A stretch of 64,000 bases of DNA from Bacillota bacterium. Its GTDB lineage: Bacteria; Bacillota; Sulfobacillia; JAMDAP01. The notes under the pieces were generated by a model. It did not search any database. It was not told the origin of the DNA and saw only the letters and a program-made list of their open reading frames with translations. Both the position numbers and the translations under genes were made by a program. This document shows, in pieces, positions 40,228 through 48,569 of this stretch (the first letter of the stretch is position 1; each line of letters begins with the position of its first letter). Location of the stretch: assembly GCA_050260815.1 (NCBI GenBank), contig JBLNCQ010000070.1, positions 10,518-74,517 on the forward strand, in the 5' to 3' direction.

Positions 40228-41517
40228 CTAGTGGTCCGGGGTTTCAGGGGCGTCCGCTTCGGCGGATTCCTCCTCCGGGCCCTCCCTTGCGTCGTCCGGG
40301 GCGTCAATCGACGGGGTATCCGCCGGCTCCGCTTCCTCTAGACCCAAGTCTGTCTGCTCGTCGCGGTCTTCGGTCTCCGCTGCCGGGCCATCAGGCTCGG
40401 CGCGTTCCGGTTCGGACGGCGCCTGCTGGGCGCCCTCCAAGTGGGCGGGGGCTGACGAGGCATCGTCCTGCTCGTCGCCTTCCTCGCGGGCGGCGGGCAC
40501 CGTCTCGTTTCGCTGCTCAGCCGCGCTGCCGGATTCCCCATCCGCGGTACCGTCGGCGGATCGGTCCTCCGGGTCGTCACGCCCGCTGTCGCCGTCGTTG
40601 GGGCCTTCCGCCTGGGCACTCTGATCAACCCGCTGGCCCGCAGGGTAGAGGTCGCTGGGGTCCATCCCCGCCCCGCGGAAGAAGTCGGCCAGGCTCTGGC
40701 CGCGCAAGGCCTCCTCGGAGTAGAGCACGCCCCTGCCCGTCAGCTCCCGTTTCACGGCTTCCCGGTTGACGGAGAGGCGGTCGAGCTGGGCGTCCTTGCG
40801 AAGGCTGGCGGTGGTCTGCGAAACGGCCACAAAACCGCTCAGGCCCTTGTCCTTCAGGCGGGTGGCGATGTCGCGCTGCACGGCGGCCGGATCCGGCCCC
40901 TCCCCACCTGTGAGGGAGACGACCGCCGCCACTACCACGTTGTCACGGTCGGGCCCCAGATAGCCAAAAGCCGCTGCCTGGTCGATCACGCGGTTGACAG
41001 CTTCATCTAGAGTCAGTCCCTTTACCGGCTGGGCCTCCAGAACGCGTTGGGCATCATGGTTGAGGGCGGTGCTCTGCAGCACCTCCCCCTGCCGATCCAC
41101 CTCCAGCTCCAGGCTGGGGTTGATGTCGATGGCTACTACGGCCACGGGCCGGGGCAGCAGAACCCGCGGCAGAACGGTGAAGGCCAGGACGGCCGCCGTC
41201 GCCAGCGCGAACCCTGCCCGCGCCCACGTGGCCGGGCCAACGCGGGCGTGCAGCCACGATTCCGCCCAGCTCCGGGCCGGTCGGTCTGCCGGGGCGTCCT
41301 CGGCGGCTCCTCCCTGCTGCGCCACGGCTGCCTCCGGAGGAGGCCAGGGGAGTTCAAGTTCCCTGCCCCGCCAGGCCCGCAGGACCTCGACAGGCAGTTC
41401 CGACTCGGCGGCGGGCAGGTGGCCCCGCAGGAACTTCAGGGAGACGGTGCGAAACTCGCCCTCCCGGGTCATGAGGACGGCCTGGTCGTCCAACACCTGC
41501 GCCAACAGGCATTTCAT
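40228..41517 (-). CDS. rsgI: anti-sigma-I factor RsgI-like. It has an N-terminal RsgI_N domain, one TM, a juxtamembrane folded segment and a long acidic disordered C-terminus.
   Basis: N-terminus MKCLLAQVLDDQAVLMTREGEFRTVSL matches the RsgI_N pattern G.V.EV.D.YAVVLT.DGEF. TM is GFALATAAVLAFTVL. The last 130 aa are very D/E/A/P-rich. It overlaps sigI by 4 nt. Confidence 0.7.
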   Translation of the reverse strand: MKCLLAQVLDDQAVLMTREGEFRTVSLKFLRGHLPAAESELPVEVLRAWRGRELELPWPPPEAAVAQQGGAAEDAPADRPARSWAESWLHARVGPATWARAGFALATAAVLAFTVLPRVLLPRPVAVVAIDINPSLELEVDRQGEVLQSTALNHDAQRVLEAQPVKGLTLDEAVNRVIDQAAAFGYLGPDRDNVVVAAVVSLTGGEGPDPAAVQRDIATRLKDKGLSGFVAVSQTTASLRKDAQLDRLSVNREAVKRELTGRGVLYSEEALRGQSLADFFRGAGMDPSDLYPAGQRVDQSAQAEGPNDGDSGRDDPEDRSADGTADGESGSAAEQRNETVPAAREEGDEQDDASSAPAHLEGAQQAPSEPERAEPDGPAAETEDRDEQTDLGLEEAEPADTPSIDAPDDAREGPEEESAEADAPETPDH

Positions 41518-42299
41518 AGGGCCCGTCCCCCCTCTTCCCCGGTTTGACCTGGCGAGGCCTCGCCGTTCGATGCCACCGTGCCGGTCGGCTCCAGCTTAAT
41601 GAAGCCCTTCAAATGGGTGTAGTCGTCGGTCCCCAGGATCAGGGCTACGGCGATGATGTACTTGCGCCCGGTCTCCAGCACCTTGCGGCTGAGGCCGGTG
41701 ACCCCCTGCAACTGCTTGATGGGCAGTTGGCCCTTACGCGTGAGGCTGCGCATGAGGGCCGCGTCCGAGGCCAGCCGTGCGGCGGCGCGCTGCAGGGAGA
41801 GGCGCGTATCCCGGTGGCGGGGACAGATTACGCCCAGCTCCGCCAGGGACGTGCCGTATCGTCTCAGGGCCAGATCGTAGCGCGCCAGGTCATCGGCCCG
41901 GTCCGCCATGTCCTCCTGCTCCCGATAAGCCGACGCGGCTGGCCCTGCCTCCAGGGGCGCGATCGCCCCGTCGTCGCCCTCCTCATCGGGGACGGCGCCG
42001 TCCAGCAACAGGGGCGCCTGTGCCGGCTGGCGGCGGAACCAGTCGACCAGCCGGTGGTGAATGACCATACTCGCGTGCCCAAGGAAAGACCTACCCGCCT
42101 CCGGGTTGAAGGTGTCGATAGCCTCGTTGAAGGCCAGCAGGCTCACGCTCAGTTCGTCGTCGTTGTGCCAGTCCAGGGGGCGGCGGCAGACCCTGGACGC
42201 GGCCTGCCTGATAAACGCCCGATGCCGGCTGATCAGCTCTTCCCGGGCCTGCTCGTCGCCGTCCTGCGAGTGGCGCAGCAGGTCCATCAGGACCGTGTC
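41514..42299 (-). CDS. sigI: RNA polymerase sigma factor SigI
   Basis: MDTVLMDLLRHSQDGDEQAREELISRHRAFIRQAAS...DDELSVSLLAFNEAIDTFNPEAGRSFLGHASMVIHHRLVDWFRR is highly typical of SigI region 2. Start taken at the internal Met with RBS AAAGGTGGGGAG; the track ORF's 96-aa N-extension was rejected. Confidence 0.75.
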   Translation of the reverse strand, partial: DTVLMDLLRHSQDGDEQAREELISRHRAFIRQAASRVCRRPLDWHNDDELSVSLLAFNEAIDTFNPEAGRSFLGHASMVIHHRLVDWFRRQPAQAPLLLDGAVPDEEGDDGAIAPLEAGPAASAYREQEDMADRADDLARYDLALRRYGTSLAELGVICPRHRDTRLSLQRAAARLASDAALMRSLTRKGQLPIKQLQGVTGLSRKVLETGRKYIIAVALILGTDDYTHLKGFIKLEPTGTVASNGEASPGQTGEEGGRAL

Positions 42300-42732
42300 C
42301 ATAGCTCTCCCCACCTTTCCATCCGACGAGCCGCCCTCCGTTTCGGGGGGCACCCGGCCGCGGCTCTCTCCACTAGCCGGCCGTCTTGGACCCGCTCCGT
42401 CACCCGGTCGCGCGAACGCAAAAACCGGCAAGCATGCCGAAGGCCTGGTTGCCGGTCGAATGGCGGGTCGGGAATCCGCCCCTTGCGGGCGGCGCCGAAT
42501 AACGCCTTGGCTGCGGCAACCGGCTGTCCTGGCCTCCCCGTCCGCCCCGACTCCCCTTGGGAGCCGGCTGGCGCGCTTTACCCGCATCCAGCAGGCAATG
42601 AGGCTGTAGACCCATGGCTTTGCGCCCCCGAGCTTTCACCCGGGGTGGCCCTTTTCGGTTTTCCGGCTATACGCATTCGACGGAAAGGGGTAAATTCCTT
42701 CCGTTTGAGGCAGAAAGTTCCTGCTAGTGTCG

Positions 42733-43005
42733 CTATGCGTCGTCGTCTCGCTCTACCTCGACGGCCTCCGCGAAGTACTTGTCATGGTTCTCCGCCAGGT
42801 CCGGCGGGCCCTGGGCCACTCCGATCAAGGATTGGAGGTCGTCGGGGCGCAGCGGCCGAAGGACGGGTTGGGGTTCGTCCTTCCTCAGGTGAATCTCGTC
42901 CCCCACCAATTTCACGGTCAGCCTGTCGCCCGGGTGCCACCCCAGGACACGGCAGGCCTCGACCGGCAGCGTGATCCGCCGCTTCCCGGTAATCTTGACC
43001 ATGAC
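42733..43005 (-). CDS. SpoVT/AbrB-domain protein (MazE/AbrB-like), orphan
   Basis: MVKITGKRRITLPVEACRVLGWHPGDRLTVKLVGDEIHLR is a swapped-hairpin AbrB fold. There is a strong RBS AAGGGAGG. No cognate toxin ORF lies next to it. Confidence 0.6.
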   Translation of the reverse strand, partial: VMVKITGKRRITLPVEACRVLGWHPGDRLTVKLVGDEIHLRKDEPQPVLRPLRPDDLQSLIGVAQGPPDLAENHDKYFAEAVEVERDDDA

Positions 43006-43200
43006 GCGGCCTCCCTTGAGCCTGTTGAGACCAGAGTACCCCCGAGGGAGCCACGTGGCAACCAGTCCTGAGCGCGGTGGTTGCATCCATTCTGGGTACC
43101 GGAGAACGAGTACCCCAGCAGACTACGAAGGGGTTGGTCGGGTGGCGTCGAATAATGGTAGTTGCTCCCATTTTCGCTCAAAGCCCGGGAGAGTGGTTGA

Positions 43201-43722
43201 GTGAACTACGCCAGATACCGACTCGCAGTGCTGGTGGCTCTATGCGATCGTAACCTACTCAATGATTATGCCGAGCCTTTGCCCGAGGCCCTCTTTGAGC
43301 AGAGTGAAACGGAATGGACGTACGTGGGCCCCGATGTCCTAAAGCTTGAGGGTGCAGACCTTGAGGTGAACGAAAGCGGGACTTTAGTTCGTCATCAGTC
43401 ACGTCACGTGGAAGCATCGGAGATGATATGGCAGAGGTTCCGCTTTCACTTCCAACCCCGTGATGCCACTTCTCATCGGGCGTGGAGAGTCGAGCTCAAC
43501 CGCACGCGCGACAGTCTCCATGCCAACACCGACCACCCCCCTCGCCACCCACGTCACCGGCTGGAACCAACCCAACTGACCCTGCGGATTGACGACTTCA
43601 ATGTGCTGTTGGCCCTTGAGGTGGCGGAGCGCTACCTGGCTACTCGTGAGTATCCAGTAGACCAGAGGTATGGTGGCAAGTATAACGCCGCCCTGGAGAC
43701 GGTGAGGAGGCAGAACTCTTGA
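43201..43722 (+). CDS. hypothetical protein (173 aa), first gene of low-GC island
   Basis: GTG start with RBS GGGAGAG. Coding-like composition, local GC clearly lower than the surroundings. No recognisable motif. Confidence 0.5.
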   Translation: MNYARYRLAVLVALCDRNLLNDYAEPLPEALFEQSETEWTYVGPDVLKLEGADLEVNESGTLVRHQSRHVEASEMIWQRFRFHFQPRDATSHRAWRVELNRTRDSLHANTDHPPRHPRHRLEPTQLTLRIDDFNVLLALEVAERYLATREYPVDQRYGGKYNAALETVRRQNS

Positions 43723-44354
43723 AACAGGGAATCAGCGTGACCACGTTCTACTTCGAAGATGAGGGACGCCACCACATGAAAAAGGCCGCCCAGTTGGCGG
43801 CTAAACGGGGCAAGGATCTCGCCATTAAGCACTTTGTAGTCTTCACGCGTGACGGTGAAGGCGCCGTACTCCTGAAGGATCTCCTTCAGCCATCGGACGC
43901 ATCAGTCGTGGCTGTGACTTTCCCGTACAAGCACCCTCTGTTTGTCCCTGATGAATCAGGAGAGTATCGGGACTTGATTCCTGAAACGTCAGTTCCAAAG
44001 ACCGTCAAGTACCTGACGGACCGAGGAATTGAGTTGGTCCGCGGAACAGCGCCGTTTACAGAGGGTTTCTTCATCCCGGGAGTCCGGGATCCCAAACTTG
44101 AAGGCATACGGTACGCCCTGCAACTGTTCTCAAGCGGTCTCCATCTATGCGTCCAGGCGGTAGCTATGGCGACAGACGCCGGGGCTATTGAGCCAGGTGA
44201 TGAAGTAATCGCCATGTCGGCCGACACCGCAATCGTGGCGCGAGCATCCTCTAGCCGTTACGTGTTTCACCCGACGGAGGGGATGGAGATTCGCGAGATA
44301 ATCTGCAAGCCTAGGCAGCTAACTCTCAGGGACGGAGAGAGGCGGGGGCGCTAG
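43719..44354 (+). CDS. hypothetical alpha/beta protein (211 aa), translationally coupled to the upstream gene
   Basis: The TTG start overlaps the upstream stop (cTTGA). Alternating hydrophobic beta-strand/helix pattern (HFVVFTRDGEGAVLL, VVAVTFPYKH, GDEVIAMSADTAIVARAS). Faint resemblance to pyruvate-kinase C-terminal-like alpha/beta domains, unverified. Confidence 0.5.
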   Translation: MKQGISVTTFYFEDEGRHHMKKAAQLAAKRGKDLAIKHFVVFTRDGEGAVLLKDLLQPSDASVVAVTFPYKHPLFVPDESGEYRDLIPETSVPKTVKYLTDRGIELVRGTAPFTEGFFIPGVRDPKLEGIRYALQLFSSGLHLCVQAVAMATDAGAIEPGDEVIAMSADTAIVARASSSRYVFHPTEGMEIREIICKPRQLTLRDGERRGR

Positions 44355-44718
44355 CCCCCGCCTCGTGTTTATCATTGTTGCTGGCTTGTCCCCGCGACGG
44401 GGACCCCGCTGTGCCCGCCGGTGGCAGCGTAAAAGGGTCGCCGCCAGCGTCCAAAAACCTCTCGTAACGGTGAACCCACTCAAGAGCGTCGAACTTCGGC
44501 ACCTGGGCGCTGTAATCAAAGTAGTTCTCGCGAAAGCTGCGGTAGAATTCGAGCGTTTCAATGTGGTACTTCCGCTCAAATTCAATCAACCGATTCCGCT
44601 GGAAAGTGAGGTCGTCAACAACACGAACTACCCCCAACCGGATCAGGTCCGCCTCAGAAATCTCAACGCCCGAATCAAGCAACTTTCTCAGCTCTTCAAC
44701 GCTTGTCATGGAGATCAC
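44326..44718 (-). CDS. hypothetical protein (about 127-130 aa), convergent with and tail-overlapping the previous gene
   Basis: Low-GC, protein-like N-terminal 95 aa (MTSVEELRKLLDSGVEISEADLIRLGVVRVVDDLTFQRNRLIEFERKYHIETLEFYRSFRENYFDY...). The C-terminal 30 aa is low-complexity and runs through the terminator hairpin and into the neighbour, so the 3' end is uncertain. Confidence 0.4.
   Translation of the reverse strand: MISMTSVEELRKLLDSGVEISEADLIRLGVVRVVDDLTFQRNRLIEFERKYHIETLEFYRSFRENYFDYSAQVPKFDALEWVHRYERFLDAGGDPFTLPPAGTAGSPSRGQASNNDKHEAGASAPASLRP
44355..44394 (+). terminator. intrinsic terminator of the two-gene unit
   Basis: GGCGGGGGC gcta GCCCCCGCC (9-bp stem; the stop codon sits in the loop), followed by TCGTGTTTATCATTGTTG. 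Confidence 0.55.
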
Positions 44719-44866
44719 CTCACTCCACTAAGGGAAAGGGCACTTCGTCAAGTCTCAGCCAGAATCCTGCTACTGTCCCCTGAAATCTACGATTAGCCTC
44801 TCCAGAAGTAGAACTGGCATTCACTCTATCGCCAAGTGCCAAGATGGTCAAGTAATAAATTGCCTA

Positions 44867-47797
44867 TTAGTACCTCAGCATCCTCGCCACCAGGGCCGCG
44901 CCCTGGGCTCGCGTCAGGCTGCCGCTGGGGTTATAGATCATCCGCCCGCCTTCCACGTAGCCCGTGACCAGCCCCTTCTCCTCCAGCGCCTGCACGGCGG
45001 ACCGGCCCGCGTACGAGCCCAGGTCCGTCAGGTTGCTGTGGAATCCGGCGCTGGGGGCACTGAGCCGCAGGGCCGCGGCGATGAGCTGCGCCGCCTCACC
45101 CCGGGTGATGGGATCCTGGGGGTGGAAGGGCGACACCAGGATCTGCCCCGCCCCGGGCTGGCCCGCCTGGTCGGGCGGCAGGGAGGTCGGATCGATGTTC
45201 ACCAGCTGCCCCTCCGCCTCGTCCACGAGTCCGGCCAGCAGGCCCTTTTCCTCTAACGCCTCCACGTAGGGCTTGGACCAGTGGCCGTTCAGGTCGCTGA
45301 TGCGGCTGCTGAAGTTGACCGAGGGCTGGGTCAGGGCCAGGTAGCGGGCCACCATGGCGGCCAGCTCCCCTTTCAGCAGGGGCAGGTCCACGCCGAAGCG
45401 ACCGTCCGGCAGGCCGTTGACCATGTTGGCGGCGGCGATGGCCTGGATGTCGGTCCGGGCCCAGTTGGTGGCCGTGTCGCTGAAGGACGGCTGCGGCAGG
45501 GCCGGCGACGGCCTGGCCGCCACGGCGTAGAGGTAGCCGTCCATGGATCCCACGTAGGCGGTGTAAGTGCCTGCGAAGCCGCTGCCGGCTGTCGACGGGG
45601 TCGGCGCCGCGGTAGGCGTCCCAAAAATGAAGTTGTCACCCAGGGCGTAGGTCCAGAGGACCTGGCCGGTGGTGGGGTTCTCGCTCACCAGGCGGCCGCT
45701 CAGGCTGCCCACGACCACGTCGCCGCCCTGCCCAAAGTCGACCGGGCTGGAGTCATACGTGGACCAGCCCGACGAGGCCTTCCCCTGAATCTGTCCGGTG
45801 AGGGGGTCCAGGGTGAGGGCGCTGCCGTCCGAGGTGCCCACCAGCAGGCTGCCCGCGCGAAGCTGCGGGCTGGAGAAGCTGGTGCCCAGGCTGGATGTCC
45901 AGAGGGCGGTGCCATCGTCCGGGTTGAGCGCCCGCAGCCCGATGGACCCGGTCTTGGCGTCCTGCGGCGTGGTCACGAACAGGCGGCCGAAGCCGTAAAT
46001 GGGCGAGCCGTTCGATGGCGAGTAGTAGATGTCACGGCCCAGGGCCTGGGTCCAGCGGACCCGGCCGGTCACTGCATCCAGGGCGTACAGGTTCCGGTCC
46101 CACGCGCCCACGTAGACCAGGCCGCGGCCGTAGGCCGGCTTGACGCGTATGGCGTCACCGGCGGTGAAGTGCCAGCGCTCGCTGCCGTCCGACGCCTTGA
46201 GAGCGTAGAGATTGTGGTCGGTGGAGCCGATGTAGACGGTGTCACCCACTACCAGCGGCGCGCCCACCACGGAGCCCTGGGTGGCGCGCGACCAGACCAG
46301 GCGGCCATTGGCGGCATCAAGGGCGTAGACGCGCCCGTTCGCCGAGCCGAAGTAGAGGCGGCCGTTGGCCAGGGTGGGGCCGGAGATAATCGCCCCGCCG
46401 GTCGAGAAGACCCAGGCCTGCGTGCCCTTGTCGGCGCGAACGGCGTAGAGACGGCCGTCCGACGAGCCAACGTACACCAGCGACCCGTCCGTCGCGGGCT
46501 GGCCCTGGATGCCGCCGCCGGTGGCGAAGCGCCAGCGCAGGGTCGGCACGCTGTCGAAGAGCGGCCCGTCGGAGACGGCGCCGTTTGTGCCGCCGGCCGC
46601 CCCGTCGCTCCCGGCCGGCCGCAGGTAGCCGTCCAGCCGGATCTCGACGTGGTCGACGTAGCGCTTGCCCGCCGGGTCATAGGCCTGGACGTAGAGATCG
46701 TGGATGCCCGGCGGCAGGCCCTTCAGGTCGATGGAGCCCGTGCCGTTGTACGTACCCTCCGCCCCGTAGGCTACGGGGACGTCAAGATTCTGCCACGAGC
46801 CCGCGTCCAGGCGGTACTGCGCCTTGTCAGGCGCCTGCTCAACGAAGCCCGTGAGCTGATACTTGAAGCTCAGCGTCTGCGTGGCCGGGCCCTTGACGGT
46901 CGTCCCCGTGACCGGCGAGGTGATGCGCAGCAGTTGCCGCTGGGTGGGCCTGGTCAGCGGGATCGTGGCGGCCAGCTCAGGCTGGGCGCCCGCCACCTGG
47001 TTGTAGATCCTGGCCTCACCGCCCTCCACCTGGATGACCTTGAAGCCGGCGTCCATGACGGCGGCGGTCATGAAGGCGGGGATGCCGTTCACGCTCCACT
47101 GCAGGTTCGTGTGGCCGTGGCCGGAGAACAGGGCCACCACGTTATACGGTTGCACGATGTCCAGGAAGTCCTGGTCGTTGTCCAGGAAGCGGCTGGGCGT
47201 GTACCCGATGGGATGATGGCTGAAGACCATCACCGGCGTCGAGGTGCCCACCTTCTTCAGGTCGGCGGCCAGCCAGTCCAGCATGGCCTTCTCCAGGTGG
47301 CCGTGGGTCTCGGCGCTGATGGACGTGTCCAGCAGCACGAAGTGGATGCCGCCCTGATCGAAGGACGAGTAGGGCTGGCCGAAGCGGGCGGTGAAGCCCA
47401 TCTTGCCGGCGTCCGACCAGCGGGCATCGTGGTTGCCGGGGACGTGGTAGACGGGAATGTTGGCGTCCCGCCAGGGCTTGATCATCTGCTGGTAGAGGTC
47501 ATAGTGGTGGGGCAGGCCGAACTCGGTCACGTCCCCGCCGTTGATAATAAAGGCGGGCCGCGGGTTGTTGGCCAGCACCTGGTCCACAACCTTGGGCATG
47601 TTGGTGTTGCCGGCGCTGGACCCGGCGTGCGGGTCGGTGATGGTGACGAAGGTGAAGTCGTCCGCCGCCAGGGCGGTGCGGGGCCGGAACAAGCCGGGGC
47701 CCGGCGCCAGGATGGAGCCGAAACCCATGACGAACAACAAGGCCAGGGCCGTACCCGCCGCCAGCAGCCGGGCCGGCCTGCGGAGCCGTTGAAGCAT
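44867..47797 (-). CDS. S-layer-anchored multidomain protein: calcineurin-like metallophosphoesterase, PQQ-repeat beta-propeller and three C-terminal SLH domains
   Basis: 976 aa. Signal peptide. Phosphoesterase motifs ITDPHAG, GGDVTEFG, GNHDARW and SGHGHTN. There are many copies of the PQQ-like repeat (G.LYA.DA.TG...W). SLH domains begin FSDTATNWARTDIQAIAAANMVNG..., ISDLNGHWSKPYVEALEEKGLLAG... and LTDLGSYAGRSAVQALEEKGLVTG... Confidence 0.85.
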   Translation of the reverse strand: MLQRLRRPARLLAAGTALALLFVMGFGSILAPGPGLFRPRTALAADDFTFVTITDPHAGSSAGNTNMPKVVDQVLANNPRPAFIINGGDVTEFGLPHHYDLYQQMIKPWRDANIPVYHVPGNHDARWSDAGKMGFTARFGQPYSSFDQGGIHFVLLDTSISAETHGHLEKAMLDWLAADLKKVGTSTPVMVFSHHPIGYTPSRFLDNDQDFLDIVQPYNVVALFSGHGHTNLQWSVNGIPAFMTAAVMDAGFKVIQVEGGEARIYNQVAGAQPELAATIPLTRPTQRQLLRITSPVTGTTVKGPATQTLSFKYQLTGFVEQAPDKAQYRLDAGSWQNLDVPVAYGAEGTYNGTGSIDLKGLPPGIHDLYVQAYDPAGKRYVDHVEIRLDGYLRPAGSDGAAGGTNGAVSDGPLFDSVPTLRWRFATGGGIQGQPATDGSLVYVGSSDGRLYAVRADKGTQAWVFSTGGAIISGPTLANGRLYFGSANGRVYALDAANGRLVWSRATQGSVVGAPLVVGDTVYIGSTDHNLYALKASDGSERWHFTAGDAIRVKPAYGRGLVYVGAWDRNLYALDAVTGRVRWTQALGRDIYYSPSNGSPIYGFGRLFVTTPQDAKTGSIGLRALNPDDGTALWTSSLGTSFSSPQLRAGSLLVGTSDGSALTLDPLTGQIQGKASSGWSTYDSSPVDFGQGGDVVVGSLSGRLVSENPTTGQVLWTYALGDNFIFGTPTAAPTPSTAGSGFAGTYTAYVGSMDGYLYAVAARPSPALPQPSFSDTATNWARTDIQAIAAANMVNGLPDGRFGVDLPLLKGELAAMVARYLALTQPSVNFSSRISDLNGHWSKPYVEALEEKGLLAGLVDEAEGQLVNIDPTSLPPDQAGQPGAGQILVSPFHPQDPITRGEAAQLIAAALRLSAPSAGFHSNLTDLGSYAGRSAVQALEEKGLVTGYVEGGRMIYNPSGSLTRAQGAALVARMLRY

Positions 47798-48043
47798 GTT
47801 ACGCGTTGTAGAACCCTCCCCCGATATGGAAAGGCCAGACCCGCGGTTCAGGGCCGCGGGTCCAGGCTGTCCTTGCTAGTTGTAGAGACGGGCGGAATGC
47901 TCAAAGGTTCCGCCTGCTCCCGCTTTTACCAGTCATTTCGTGCTCTTCCAGATGGGTGTGTCCGTTGCATTGGCCGGGTCGACGCGAGACGTACGCAGTG
48001 GCCCCCCTGTTGTCCCCATTCGTCCTCTTTTGTCCCCGTTCGG

Positions 48044-48073
48044 TTGCATTTGTCCCGGGCGGTCGGCTATACT
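48044..48073 (+). promoter_or_regulatory. sigma-A-type promoter candidate preceded by three 20-bp direct repeats (48006-48062)
   Basis: TTGCAT - 18 nt - TATACT. The upstream units are CCTGTTGTCCCCATTCG, TCCTCTTTTGTCCCCGTTCG and GTTGCATTTGTCCCGGGCGG, all sharing TTTGTCCC. Confidence 0.35.
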
Positions 48074-48079
48074 CAAGGC

Positions 48080-48196
48080 GAAAGGCGCCCGCTGGGCGGG
48101 CGCCTTCCCCGAGGCAGGCAACGCAGCCTGTAGGTGAACCTACTGTGGATGGTTACCGGGTTCTAGGCGCCTTCACGGGGCGCCTAGAACGTTTTT
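48080..48196 (+). ncRNA. candidate small RNA (about 117 nt) bounded by the predicted promoter and an intrinsic terminator
   Basis: 5' hairpin aaggcgcccg ctggg cgggcgcctt (48082-48106). 3' terminator CTAGGCGCC ttcacgg GGCGCCTAG AACGTTTTT (48163-48196). No credible ORF. Speculative. Confidence 0.3.
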
Positions 48197-48456
48197 CGCC
48201 CTGGTGAGGGCGCCGATTCTTGAGCCAGGCAACCACAATCATAGCGGTCCCTTTCAGAACCTCCACGATGATGGCCGTCAGGTCAAAGCCCAACCGTTCC
48301 CACCTCCCTCCGCAGAACCCGTGGTGGACACGTTGTTAGCCAACGGTCCACCCACAGGTGCGCGCACCGCCCCGCGCGCGGAGAGAGGAGGCTGGGAGGG
48401 TTTGTCCCCTCGCCTCACTTTGATGCTAACATGTGAACGTCCGTTCGGAAAGGCGA

Positions 48457-48483
48457 ACAGAGGCCGCTTGGCCTCTGTTTTTT
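48457..48483 (+). terminator. second plus-strand intrinsic terminator in the non-coding region
   Basis: ACAGAGGCC gctt GGCCTCTGT followed by TTTTT, a textbook rho-independent terminator with no plus-strand gene upstream. Confidence 0.5.
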
Positions 48484-48540
48484 CATGCGTATGGGAGGCC
48501 CGGGGTGCTCTGTAACATTGGGGCTCGCCATAAACAGCAT

Positions 48541-48569
48541 GACCCCGCACGACCCACCCGTGCGGGGTC
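48541..48569 (-). terminator. hairpin downstream of the HD-GYP gene
   Basis: GACCCCGCAC gacccaccc GTGCGGGGTC (10-bp stem), 16 nt after the stop at 48585. The downstream tract is only moderately U-rich. Confidence 0.35.

Noticed and set aside
41514-42587. 96-aa N-terminal extension of the sigI ORF; similar extensions on PhzF (to 50944), kdd (to 62294), kamA (to 61125) and fnlC (to 3618)
   Set aside because: The extensions overlap upstream genes or are Arg/Pro/Gly-rich. Internal starts with good RBS give proteins matching the family N-termini.
42300-42732. Looked for a sigma-I-type autoregulatory promoter (ACCCCC ... CGAA) upstream of sigI
   Set aside because: CCCCCC followed immediately by CGAA is present at about 42340, but not with the expected spacing of about 15 nt. 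I cannot support a specific promoter call.
45281-48133. 950-aa plus-strand ORF
   Set aside because: It is antisense to the well-supported PQQ-SLH gene. The translation is low-complexity R/G/A/V/D-rich with no domain signature. This is a typical stop-free antisense frame in about 70% GC DNA.
48204-48515. 103-aa plus-strand ORF in the non-coding region
   Set aside because: Pro/Gly/Arg-rich with no RBS; it spans predicted RNA structure. The region is treated as non-coding RNA or regulatory instead.
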